DNA from: Eledone cirrhosa
Lineage: Eukaryota
Direction: 5' to 3'
NCBI GenBank assembly: GCA_964016885.1
Contig: OZ024743.1
Location: forward strand, 259,718,001-259,782,000
Length of the DNA stretch: 64,000 nt
Part shown: in pieces, positions 1 to 10,963 of the stretch
Position numbering within the stretch: the first letter of the stretch is position 1
How the letters are laid out: each line of letters opens with the position of its first letter
The notes under the pieces: generated by a model
The model's database searches: none
Told to the model about the DNA's origin: nothing
What the model saw: the letters and a program-made list of their open reading frames with translations, nothing else
Translations under genes and position numbers: made by a program

Positions 1-1925
1 TTTAGATCAGTCGAAAGCTTTCGATAGGGTCGACCATCGTTACCTAGCGGCAGTCCTGAGGGCGGCTGGCTTTGGGCCCGTCTTCAGAGGCTGGATCGCT
101 GCCATGCACAGCGACATCTGCTCTGTGGTGAGAGTGAACGGTCACCTGTCGGAACCGTTCAACATCATGCGCTCGGTCCGCCAAGGATGTCCCCTCTCGT
201 CCCTCTTGTACGTATTGACTCTCGAGCCATTACTGCACAAACTGGAGACGTTGAGGGGAGTCCCGCGCGAACTAGGATGCGGAAGATCCGTGTCAGCATA
301 TGCGGACGATGTCACCGTAGTGGTGTCGAACGCCAAACACATCGAGGCGATCGGCACTACACTAAGAGAATACGAAGCGGTGACAGGAGCAATGATCAAC
401 CAGGAAAAGTCAGTGGGCCTGCAGCTCGGCACCTGGAGAGGCAGATCCATGCCGTCCAACAGCGTCGTCGGGCGCTCGACGGACGGACCGGTTAAATTGC
501 TAGGGGTCTGGTTCGGTCCGGACCTCCAGACGGACAAAAACTGGGACGAGGTGACGAGCAGGGTGGCTTCTCTCACCCAGAAATGGGCGGAGAGGAAGCT
601 ATCCCTGAAAGGTCGAGCGGAGGTGGCTAACGCGTACATCGCGTCTGTCATCTGCTACCGCCTAACCGTCGTACCTTGTCCTAAGCCTCGCCTGACTGCG
701 CTGGAGCGTTTGCTCTTTCGCTTTTTGTGGAAGGGACGTGCTCCGATGGTCAGGCGGTTCATCTGTTGTCAACACCCGCTACGTGGAGGGCTGGGCATGC
801 CGTGGCTGATGATGCGCAGGCACGCGCTCAGGCTACGACATCTCCACCTCTACCTCGACGGTGATCAGGTGTGGTCGCCGTTTGCTAGACGCGTTTTTCC
901 CCAGCTCGTTTCCTTGACGGAGCTGCAGTCCTGGGTCAAGCGAAGACCGAGAGGGAGCGCCTGGAGACTGGAATGTCTTCAGGCGCTCACAGCCCTCGAC
1001 CAATCGGGCAATGTGATCGGTGGAAACTCCACCTCGGCGTTCTATAGAGGATTAGTGGAGGGGAAGAGCGACGACGTACTTGGGGAAACTCTAGGCGTCG
1101 ACGAAAATCAACTAGCCAATCTCTTCGGAAGAACTTTCGGGCCAGGGCCTATGGACAACTTCCAGAAATCTCTGGCCTGGCAGTGCTACCGAGGAGCCTT
1201 GCCAGTTCGGGATAAACTCTACAGGCATGTAGGTGCCGTCAGCCGGGCATGTCCGAGATGCGCGCAGGGCGACGAAACCGTCCTGCACGCACTCGTCCAG
1301 TGTCCGAAAATTGCTGACTTGTGGGTTTATGTCGAACACCTGCTGTCGCGTTTAGGACGGATCCAGCTATCATCTGAGTCTATCGTGAGGATTGCCCCGC
1401 CCTCCTCCTTTAGCCGGGAAGGGCAGGCAGTTTTTATCTGTCTGGTGGCCATGGCGAAAGAGATAGTATGGTGGACACGTTTGAAAGGGCTGAAGACGAG
1501 CACTTACCTCTTCGGTGATGCTCTGATTGACTTTTTCAAATTTCATTTGAAAAGGAAAATCAGAGTAGAGAAGGAAGTGCTCTCTTCCCAGCATTTTGTT
1601 GAAAGATGGGTGAGAGAAGCAAGAATGGCCCGAGTGAATGGGCCGACTCTGAGTATATATCTGTAAACTAAAGGTGGAAAACTGGGAGGGGGCACTTGCC
1701 TTGGTGGTCAGGGTCATTGTGGCTTTTTACTGGGCTTTCTCCACAAATGTCCCTCCGAAGTCTCCCCCCTATTGGGGAATTTTTCATTGTTATTTTCATT
1801 GTTATTTTTGTTACATCCTCTGTTCTTGTTTTTTACACGCAGAAATGCCCATTTGTACCGTCCTGCATTGTCCTGCACTGTCCTTAATGTCTACTTTATG
1901 TAAACCCTTGTGGTTAATAAAGAAA

Positions 1926-1975
<50 letters not shown>
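1..1975 (+). mobile_element. Tx1/L1-clade non-LTR retrotransposon, 3' part (copy 0) with 3' UTR, AATAAA and (ATT)n tail
   Basis: RT motifs DQSKAFDRVDH, VRQGCPLS, YADD; C-terminal zinc finger CPRC..ETVLHALVQC; stop at 1666; AATAAA ~1916; (ATT)n 1928-1975. Confidence 0.95.
2..1666 (+). CDS. ORF2 C-terminal part (reverse transcriptase + zf-RVT-like Cys domain), 5'-partial at window edge
   Basis: Open frame from window start to TAA at 1666; near-identical to 6068-6717 and 40455-42116. Confidence 0.9.
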   Translation, partial: LDQSKAFDRVDHRYLAAVLRAAGFGPVFRGWIAAMHSDICSVVRVNGHLSEPFNIMRSVRQGCPLSSLLYVLTLEPLLHKLETLRGVPRELGCGRSVSAYADDVTVVVSNAKHIEAIGTTLREYEAVTGAMINQEKSVGLQLGTWRGRSMPSNSVVGRSTDGPVKLLGVWFGPDLQTDKNWDEVTSRVASLTQKWAERKLSLKGRAEVANAYIASVICYRLTVVPCPKPRLTALERLLFRFLWKGRAPMVRRFICCQHPLRGGLGMPWLMMRRHALRLRHLHLYLDGDQVWSPFARRVFPQLVSLTELQSWVKRRPRGSAWRLECLQALTALDQSGNVIGGNSTSAFYRGLVEGKSDDVLGETLGVDENQLANLFGRTFGPGPMDNFQKSLAWQCYRGALPVRDKLYRHVGAVSRACPRCAQGDETVLHALVQCPKIADLWVYVEHLLSRLGRIQLSSESIVRIAPPSSFSREGQAVFICLVAMAKEIVWWTRLKGLKTSTYLFGDALIDFFKFHLKRKIRVEKEVLSSQHFVERWVREARMARVNGPTLSIYL

Positions 1976-2191
1976 GAATGCTATGGTTGACGGAGGCTCG
2001 GCTCTGTAAGGTATTGTAAATTTTGAACGCTATAACAATTGTAAATTGTTTAAAACTTTAACCAACTTGTAGACAAAAACACCCTCCTCCTCGTGAGAGG
2101 GGTCTTTCTGCCCGTTATTTGGCCCTTCGGGGTTAAATAACTGCTTATTGGGGTTTTGTGCCCAATATTTATTTCAAACAAAAAAAACAAC

Positions 2192-4277
2192 ATGGCTACG
2201 AAAAATAATTTTCATAGGTCACTCCCACTCATTCCGTCTTCTTCTTCCTCAATCGTCACTACAGCAGAGAGAAGATTGTCTCTCTCCCTCCCTTCTCTTT
2301 CGCAAGCGACGACAGAAAAGAAAAGTCTCGTGCAAAGCGAGCAAGATTTCTCCACGACGACGACGACAACGACGAAACAGGTGTGCGGGAAATACGAAAA
2401 CCCATTTCATTCGTCTGACGTCAGGAATAATAGCAGTAGCAGCCGTAATAACAACAGCAACAGTGACAATGAAAACAACAGTAGCAGCCGCAACAGCATC
2501 AGCAGCAGCATAAACAACAACAGCATTAGCAGCAGCAACAACAACAACAACAACCACAGCAACAGCGGCGGCGGCAGTAGTCGTAGTACCTGCAGCAACA
2601 ACAAAAGTAACAGCAGCTCTGACGACAACAACAACAACAACAACAGCAGCAAAGAAAAACCAATCTCGTTTGCAGGTATTGCGAAGAACCTGGAAACAAT
2701 CCTCATAACAAATGAGGAATTAGAGGAAGCGAAGAAGATGGTGACAAAAACTGGACACCGAGCAATCTGCAAGGCAGCGGAAAATTTTTTCGAAACCCAA
2801 CAGCACTGTACGGTCACGTACCGTACAGTAAGTACAAAATCCTGTAGGGTTGAAAGAGCCACAGAGGCTCAAATACAAAAAGCCTTGGGGTCTGTGTGGC
2901 AGCGGAAAACGCACATCACCCGAGGCAAGAAATATGCCACCGTAGACGTACTTTTTGCCACACCCCAGGAAGCAAAGGCTCAATCCGTAGAGACCCTAAG
3001 GAGCGAGGAAATGGTGTTGGTGCCCTCCTACTGCGGGAAAAAAATTGTGAGGGGCAAACTGACCCACGTCCCCCCCGGGAGGGCCCCTTCTTGGCTGGCC
3101 GCGTCTGTCCTCGTCGGAATCGAGGACAAAACAACTGTACTGCAAGTACAGAAAAAAGTAAGAGAAGATTGGGTCGGCACCTCCATTGAGATGTTAATCC
3201 AAACCAACCAGGAGTGCATCGAAGCTATCCCGGATGTGATAGACTTCGATAAAGGCACTCAACTGCCCATAAGTGTTGAGGGCAAACGCCCGAAATGCTT
3301 TCGCTGTGGATCGAAGACTCACCTCAGGGCCTTCTGCAACGAGAAAACCCTGAGAAAGGAGAAAACCCCCCTCCTTCCGAAACCGGCTCCACGGCTACCA
3401 GCAACAGGACAAGCGGCAACCAGGAACGATAGGTCCGTGGCACCCATACCCACGCCACGGAAATCAAAAGCAGCAGCAGCAATGGAAGTATTAACAACAA
3501 CAACAGCAATACCAAATGCAGCTGCAAGAGAGACTCCAGTGCAAACATCACCAACAACAACAAGTGAAAGAGTGGAGCTGGTACCCCTCCCCGACCTCAC
3601 AGAATCAGACATGCAGTGTGAGGTGGGAGAGGGATGGCAAAAGGTCGTAAGAAGGCACAAACGCAGAAGCAGCGCATCGTCGCCTTTGAAAAGGGAGGAA
3701 AGAAATGAAAAAAGGGTAAAGTCTACTGCAAAGAGACTCACAGCAGCAACACCACCAACACCATCACCACCCACACTAGCACCACCATCACCACCGGCGA
3801 CAACCCCAGCGCCAACAACACCTTCAACACCACCACCACAAGCACCAACATCGCAAACACAACAACAAAACACACACACCCAGCAACAACGACAAGAAAA
3901 TAGCAGAACCACACCCCACCCCCAGAAAAACAAATGCACGGCAATAAATACACACAACAAGAAACTAATGACTTACATAATTGAACACACAGACATTTCA
4001 CAACACGACTACATAATACCAGCACCAATCAAAACGCCAACTAACATAAGACTGCTAAAAATAGCACAGAAACAATACACAAACATCAAAACGAAATTCC
4101 CCAACGCAGTTGGTGATTTCAGAGACCTAGGAGGAACTATCAACCGAAGAGTATATTCGGACATACTCATAGAAGAGCCGACGACAGCCGAAGGGACGAT
4201 TCAACGGCCCCTTCACACAGATGATCAAGTGAAAAGGGATGGAAAAAACCATCCCTCCCCTACGAAAAGTACGGTAA
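2192..4277 (+). CDS. LINE ORF1 protein (Asn/Ser-rich N-terminus, CCHC zinc knuckle, Pro/Thr-rich linker)
   Basis: ATG 2192; CFRCGSKTHLRAFC knuckle; GWQKVVRRHKRR motif. The stop homologous to copy B is at 4275-4277, but in this copy the frame reads on to 4675. Confidence 0.85.
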
Positions 4278-4312
4278 GTGGTCTTTCCCATCTTTTCCAC
4301 TCTATTTTAAAC

Positions 4313-6717
4313 ATGACCTCACTCAGAATAGGCAGCATAAATGCGCGTGGCTTGGGGTCGTCATGGAAGCAGGGTCACGTGCTCAACGACCTCAGGTCAC
4401 TAAACATAGATGCAGTGGCCATCAGCGAGACCAGAATCTTCGAAGCACGGACCTTCGCACCGATCTTCGGCGGCTACGATGTGTACGCATTTCCCAGCCG
4501 TGCTGGATCGGTGGGGAGGAGTTGCTCTGCTTTTTCGGAGAGGTTTGGATCTCGCCATACGGGCCATCTTCCTGGACCCAGAGAGTACGTTGGTGGTGCT
4601 GGACGTGATCAGCGGAGACGGGCAAGTTTTCAGGCTAGTGGCCGTCTATGCCCCGACAGGAGCAGGGCTGCCTGATTTCTTCCGGCGTCTGGAGACCTTT
4701 ATTGGAACGTCCCGCTCTTTAGTGTTAGTGGGCGACTGGAACGGGATCTTAGATGCACGCTGGGACTGTGTGGGATTAGCGGATAGGGGTGGAGGGTGCA
4801 AGAGCCTCACCAACCTGCTCAGGCGTTTTGAACTGTCTGACAGGTACCGTTTGGATTTCCCGAATGTGCCAATGTGGACTTGGACAAATCGCATGGGGTC
4901 ATCCAGATCATATCTAGATAGAGTATTTTGTAGGGAAATAGATAGGTCTAGCATAGGCTGCCCACAATTCAAGATAGTCAGCTACACGGACCACAAATTC
5001 GTGATCTGTGTGCTTGACTTAGATAGGCTTCATAGACGAGGACCCGGCTACTGGAAGCTAAACGCGTCCTTACCAGCGCGCAAGGCCTACAGAGACCGGA
5101 TTAGCGAACTAGTTAAGCGGGCGTTGACGGGGGCCATCATCAACAACAAGTGGTGGTTTGCTCTGAAAAGAGCGATTAGAATAGAATCGATTAGGTTTAG
5201 TAAGGCTTTAGCAATAGAGAAAAATAGAGCAGAGGGAGAACTAGTTAGAAAATTAGACGAGGCGCTTAGCAAAGGCATTGCGACCGACGTGCTTGCGGCG
5301 GAATTGGCCCTTGACCAATTCTTCAATGCAAAGCACGAAGGCTGCGTTGTCAGAGCAAGGGTGCGTGCTCTCAGACACGAGAGGACGAAAGCCGTTCAAT
5401 GGGCCGGAGTGGCGGAGGCGCGTCGTGGCAACAAAGCCACGATCCGGTCTTTGGTGGACCACGACGGGCGCATGCTACTCGATCCCGGGCAAATGTGTGA
5501 AGCTTTTCAGCGACACTTCGCTCAGCTGTTCGGGGGCAGCGGTGGGCCGGGTCGAGGGATGGACTTTAGTGTCTACCTCGACGGACTGCCGCGGCTCTCT
5601 GCCACTGAGGCGAAGTGTTGCGAAAAGCCGATAACAGCCGCTGAAGTAAGGGAGGCAATGACTGGCTGCACAAGGGGTAAATCGCCTGGTTTGGATGGTC
5701 TGCCCTATGAACTTTACGTACAGATGCCAGACTTGTTCGGAGGCCTCTTGGCGGACGTCTACTGCAACTGGCAACAGAACGGTAGAATTCCCAGTTCTGT
5801 GAGCCGAGGAGCGGTGGCACTGCTGAGAAAAGATCTGAACAAGGGGGATAACATAGATAATTTCCAGCCCATAACTCTGCTAAACACAGAGTTCAAGATT
5901 TTGGCCAAGGTGCTAGCAAAGAGGTTGGCGCTTGTCGTTGGTGGTCTGGTGGGAGAGGCGCAGACATGCGCCATTCCCGACAGATCCATCCACGACAACC
6001 TCCACCTCATGCGATACATCGTAGAGAGGGTAGCTAGGGAACCTGGCACGGGTGGGTCCTTGATCAATTTAGATCAGTCGAAAGCTTTCGATAGGGTCGA
6101 CCATCGTTACCTAGCGGCAGTCCTGAGGGCGGCTGGCTTTGGGCCCGTCTTCAGAGGCTGGATCGCTGCCATGCACAGCGACATCTGCTCTGTGGTGAGA
6201 GTGAACGGTCACCTGTCGGAACCATTCAACATCATGCGCTCGGTCCGCCAAGGATGTCCCCTCTCGTCCCTCTTGTACGTATTTACTCTCGAGCCATTAC
6301 TGCACAAACTGGAGACGTTGAGGGGCGTCCCGCGCGAACTAGGATGCGGAAGATCCGTGTCAGCATATGCGGACGATGTCACCGTAGTGGTGGCGAACGC
6401 CAAACACATCGAGGCGATCGGCGCTACACTAAGAGAATACGAAGCGGTGACAGGAGCAATGATCAACCAGGAAAAGTCAGTGGGCCTGCAGCTCGGCACC
6501 TGGAGAGGCAGGTCCATGCCGTCCAACAGCGTCGTCGGACGCTGGACGGACGGACCGGTTAAATTGCTAGTGGTCTGGTTCGGTCCGGACCTCCAGACGG
6601 ACAAAAACTGGGACGAGGTGACGAGCAGGGTGGCTTCTCTCACTCAGAAATGGGCGGAGAGGAAGCTATCCCTGAAAGGTCGAGGGGAGGTGGCTAACGC
6701 GTACATCGCGTCTGTCA
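4313..6717 (+). pseudogene. ORF2 (APE endonuclease + RT), +1 frameshift near 4510 and 3' truncation
   Basis: MTSLRIGSINARGL..ISETR, then in a shifted frame GGVALLF, VYAP, VGDWN, SYLDRVF, TDH, KSPGLDGLP, QGCPLS, YADD. Confidence 0.9.
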
Positions 6718-6951
6718 GCCGTTAATTTTCATAAGGAAAGTATATACTTTCGAACGTTCAACTATCTGGCAGATGGGTATACGGTGCTGATGATAGCTAA
6801 CAAGCTTGAAACTAGTACATCGTTCCTGTGTCAGTGTTGAACAAAAAGGTGACGTAGTTGCCTTAACACCGTGCGGCATAAATTCAGGCTGTTCAGTTTG
6901 TTTACAAACGAACAAAGCGGGCTCTATAATAAGCGTCCGCTAAACTGATAC

Positions 6952-7022
<71 letters not shown>

Positions 7023-7125
7023 TGCTACTGTACGTCTGTATACATATATGTATGTACGTATACATACATACTTACATTTAAGTAAGTGCCGTACTAAGAG
7101 TGAAAAATGAAATTTCGTTTTCATT
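6716..7125 (+). mobile_element. Non-coding PLE pLTR-like repeat carrying a hammerhead; same family as 58446-59155
   Basis: Aligns with the right arm 58795-59155; contains HHR at 6781-6823; interrupted by (TA)n. Confidence 0.7.
6781..6823 (+). ncRNA. Minimal type I hammerhead ribozyme
   Basis: ACGGTG-CTGATGA-T-AGCT aaca AGCT-T-GAAA-CTAG-TA-CATCGT: stem I 6 bp, palindromic stem III, GUA triplet. Confidence 0.8.
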
Positions 7126-7134
7126 TTATTACAA

Positions 7135-7235
<101 letters not shown>

Positions 7236-7360
7236 TATGCATTCGTGAGTGAATAATAATATTATTAATATTCAATTCGTTTGCAAGAAAACAGCCTCAT
7301 CACGCATGTGTTCTAGATGACTAACATCGTCTTTTTGTTCCAGTGATAGTAGAGAGAATA

Positions 7361-7405
7361 ACAATCTACAATTGTTTCGGGGTTATTGCCCCTTATCAAT
7401 ATTGT
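7361..7405 (-). ncRNA. Hammerhead variant with U3-A8 core (UUGAUAA)
   Basis: Minus strand ACAAT-A-TTGATAA-GGGG caataa CCCC-GAAA-CAATTG-TA-G-ATTGT; first stem I pair is mismatched. Confidence 0.6.
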
Positions 7406-7744
7406 GTATTTCTCCTTTTTCTGCTACACACTGGAACTCTTGAGAATATATAGTATTCTCAAAAGTATACATCGCCTCATTAGCCTAATTGCATACCGAG
7501 CGATATTACGGCTACTTGCCGAAAATCAATAACTCTATTTGTTTTCACTCTAACATAGAGGATACGTAAATGCATTCGTGAGAGAAAAGGGAGAAATACA
7601 CAATTTTCATATGTGGCAATAGCCTCAAAACTATTGTAGATTGCTATTCTCTCTGCTACCGCTGGAACAAAAATATGACGCTAGTTGTTTAGAACAGGTG
7701 GTGTTATGATGCTGTCTGCTTACAAAACGAATCGTTTATTAATA

Positions 7745-7870
7745 ATTGTTTCAACATTTGGCACAAGGCCAGAAATTACCCAGTACATTACTGGTACTTT
7801 ATTTTATCGACCCCGTAAGGATGAAAGGCAAAGTTAACCTCGGCGGGATTTGAGGTTAACTTTGCCTTTA
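7745..7870 (-). mobile_element. SINE (tRNA-like head, Nin/Deu-like core), 5'-truncated
   Basis: Reverse complement of CCCGCCGAGGTTAACTTTGCCTTTCATCCTTACGGGGTCGATAAAATAAAGTACCAG. Confidence 0.85.
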
Positions 7871-8086
7871 TCGTTTAATAATAATATTATTATAATATTA
7901 TTATTTATCACTCACGAATGCATTTGCGTATCCGCAATTTTCGGCCGAAAACATATTTTGTTTATATATATATATATAACGAAGGAAGAGTGGTAAAGAA
8001 CCAGATGGACTATAACGCACCAGAGTACTCAATACTTAGGATAGTAGAGTGGGTAATAGGAAAATGTTTGACCCCGACTCCCGTCC

Positions 8087-8207
<121 letters not shown>

Positions 8208-8309
8208 TGTTATACTTGGGGAGGGTCATATTTGTGTAATAATATTGCCAGAATTAATAACAGAACACACTCACTGTTTGGTTGGTTTTCGTTGGCTTTT
8301 CCAAAACAA

Positions 8310-9672
8310 TGATCAGGTAAGAAAAACGGTCGCACATGCAATAGGAGCTAGTATCAAAACTACCCTAAAGGGCCACATATTCAAATTCAACAAGAAGATC
8401 TACACCCAAAAGGAGGGACCAGCCATTGGCGTCAGCATAGCTAGTGACGTTGCCAGCCTATTTATGGTATGGTGGGAAAGGAGACTCAAAGATCTCCTTG
8501 ATGAGAGCCCCATAGACCTCATTATGTACTCTCGTTACGTAGACGACATCAATATAGTAATAAGGACATCGCCACAAGAGAGCACTAACAAGTTTGATTT
8601 AGAATGTAGCACAATGGAAAGCATCCAGCAGATAGCTAATTCCATACACCAGAGTATAACTGTAACTATCGACTACCCTTCCAAACACCCTAACAATAGA
8701 CTACCAGTATTAGACACGGAACTCTGGATTAACACTTTAGACGAGATAGCCCAAATTCTCCACTCACACTATGCTAAACCCATGGCCTCCAAATACCTGA
8801 TACTCACAAACCCAGCAATGTCCAGTAGTGCTAAGTTTAATATTCTGATCGCAGACTTGGTACGAGTGATGAAGAACGTGTCCCGCATGTGCGACCCAAC
8901 AGAAATGGAAAGACACATCCAACACTTCATCAAACGCATGCAGTTCTCTGGCTACAACCAAAGAGACAGAATCAGAGTATACGAAGGAGAAACAGAGAAG
9001 TATAAGACCCTCATATAACTGGACATGAAAGGAATTTGCCTATTATACAGGAGCAAATCATGGAATAGCTTAGATGGGACTAGACATAAGATAGGGAAAG
9101 CCACCTCATGGTACGACAACCAGAGATACCAGAGTGTCATGTTTGTTGACGCTACTCCTGGAGGGAAATTAGCTAACCAGTGTAGAAAGGCCCTGAGAAA
9201 GACCCACTTAAAGATTAAGGTGGTAGAAAAGCCAGGAACCACCATAAAATCCCTGATCAGCAAAACCTATCCTTTTAAGAAAACCCACTGTACTAATAGG
9301 AAATGTATCATATGTAAAGTAAACCCCCGGATAAACTGTAAAACTAGAAACGTAGTCTATAGCATAAGATGTACAGAGGGTACTTGCAGAAACATGACAA
9401 CAACATACATAGGCGAGACAGCTCGTAGCATAGGTGAAAGAATAGAGCCACACTGGACGGAAAAAGGTTCAGTACTATACGAACATGCCAGACAACACGA
9501 CGGTAACATAGACAACATAGAAATTAGAATAATATCTAAACATAGAAATGACCCAGCAGATAGGCAAATCAGAGAAGCCAGCGAAATAGAACTTAGAAGG
9601 CCAAGGCTAAACAGAAAAAATGAATGGAACAACAGCACCCAAACACACAACACTGACCTAAGAGAAGTATAA
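8310..9672 (+). pseudogene. PLE RT C-terminal half + C-terminal GIY-YIG endonuclease (possibly Hydra-clade PLE), stop at ~9016
   Basis: QKEGPAIG, YSRYVDD, LPVLD, FVDATPGG, CKTRNVVYSIRC..YIGETARSIGER, REASEI..PRLN. Confidence 0.88.
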
Positions 9673-9890
9673 ATAAATAAATAAATAAATACATACACAA
9701 GCACAATAACAACACACACATATAAACACACACTAGTAAACTAAGATAGAATACAATAACTAATACACAGTCACCCAAACACGAACACACATCAAACAAA
9801 ACACTATACACACACGCAAACGCATCGCAGAAATAAACAGACTAAATAAAGATGGTGTAAGCATACAATACAACGGGAGGAAACAATAGC

Positions 9891-9934
9891 ACAACTGACG
9901 ATGTTGCAGATGTGCAACGAAAGAACTTTGTTGG
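9891..9934 (+). ncRNA. Hammerhead-like motif in PLE 3' pLTR (stem I decayed)
   Basis: CTGACGA-T-GTTGCA gatg TGCAAC-GAAA-GAAC-TT; weak stem I. Confidence 0.5.
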
Positions 9935-10211
9935 ACTATATATATGTTTGTGTCTATATTGTATCTGTATTTTTTACCGTTGGTCAGTCAATGGTAACAT
10001 TGAGGACCGAATAAATTAAATTAACCGATATAAAAGACGCAGAAACGAAAACCAACCAAACAGTGAGTGTGTTCTGTTATTAATTCTGGCAATATTATTA
10101 CACAAATATGACCCTCCCTAAGTATAACAATATTTGTTTCGACACACGATTTCATATAAAAAACCTCGCAAAACTAATTCATCGCCGTTATATATATATG
10201 TATATATATAT

Positions 10212-10277
<66 letters not shown>

Positions 10278-10406
10278 CTGATGGTAGCTAAGGTGCTTTC
10301 ATCAGACAGATCCACACAATGATCGTGTCTCGAGCTGTCCGCCGACGGCGAAACAATTGTAACACACAATAAATTGAATTCAGATGCATCACTGATTTTT
10401 CGTTTG

Positions 10407-10477
<71 letters not shown>

Positions 10478-10512
10478 GTATATGTATATATATGTATATA
10501 TATATATGCATG

Positions 10513-10546
<34 letters not shown>

Positions 10547-10576
10547 CGTATATATATATGTATATATATATATATA

Positions 10577-10672
<96 letters not shown>

Positions 10673-10752
10673 CTCCAATGTTTATAAGTAATTACAATCT
10701 AAAAAATAAGATGGTTTCAGGCATATTGGGTTTTCTTTGGGTATATTATTAA

Positions 10753-10929
10753 ATGGGCTTTCTCCACGATGAGGAATTTTTCATTGTTCTTTTATTACAT
10801 CCTCTGTTTTTTTTTTGGGGGGGGGGGGGGGGGGTTTACACGCAGAAATGCCCATTTGTACCGTCCTGTATTGTCCTGTACTCTCCTTAATGTCTACTTT
10901 GTGTAAACCCTTGTGGTTAATAAAGAAAC

Positions 10930-10963
<34 letters not shown>
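10753..10963 (+). mobile_element. Tx1 3' UTR stub with (ATT)n tail
   Basis: Matches 1731-1975 with internal deletions. Confidence 0.88.

Larger units (their letters stand above)
1976..6717 (+). mobile_element. Tx1/L1-clade LINE copy A (5' UTR, ORF1, ORF2 up to mid-RT), 3'-truncated, in tandem with copy 0
   Basis: Starts right after the (ATT)n tail of copy 0; position 6068 onward repeats position 1 onward (period 6067 bp); similarity ends abruptly at ~6717. Confidence 0.93.
7238..7920. repeat. Diverged fold-back repeat (arms ~7255-7420 and ~7580-7745), PLE pLTR-like
   Basis: 7580-7745 is a diverged reverse complement of 7255-7420; GCATTCGTGAGTGA at 7239 recurs inverted near 7908-7921. Confidence 0.6.

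Noticed and set aside
142-651. Antisense 169-aa ORF recurring in four Tx1 copies
   Set aside because: Shadow frame of GC-rich ORF2; recurrence only reflects copy identity
1674-2009. Hydrophobic ORF in the Tx1 3' UTR
   Set aside because: Frame not conserved in copies B and C; poly-Leu comes from the (ATT)n tail
4273-4327. Possible mini-intron GTAAGT..pyrimidine tract..CAG between ORF1 and ORF2
   Set aside because: The acceptor segment is deleted in copy B and splicing would remove the ORF2 ATG; no transcript evidence
2156-4675. Natural ORF1-endonuclease fusion protein of 839 aa
   Set aside because: Copy B ends ORF1 at the homologous ..VR-stop, present in another frame in A (4275-4277); the read-through is more likely a copy-specific indel
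10325-10365. Hammerhead GTGT-CTCGA-GCTGTC..GACGGC-GAAA-CAATTG-TA-ACAC
   Set aside because: Core lacks two nucleotides (CTCGA instead of CTGACGA); counted only as a decayed remnant
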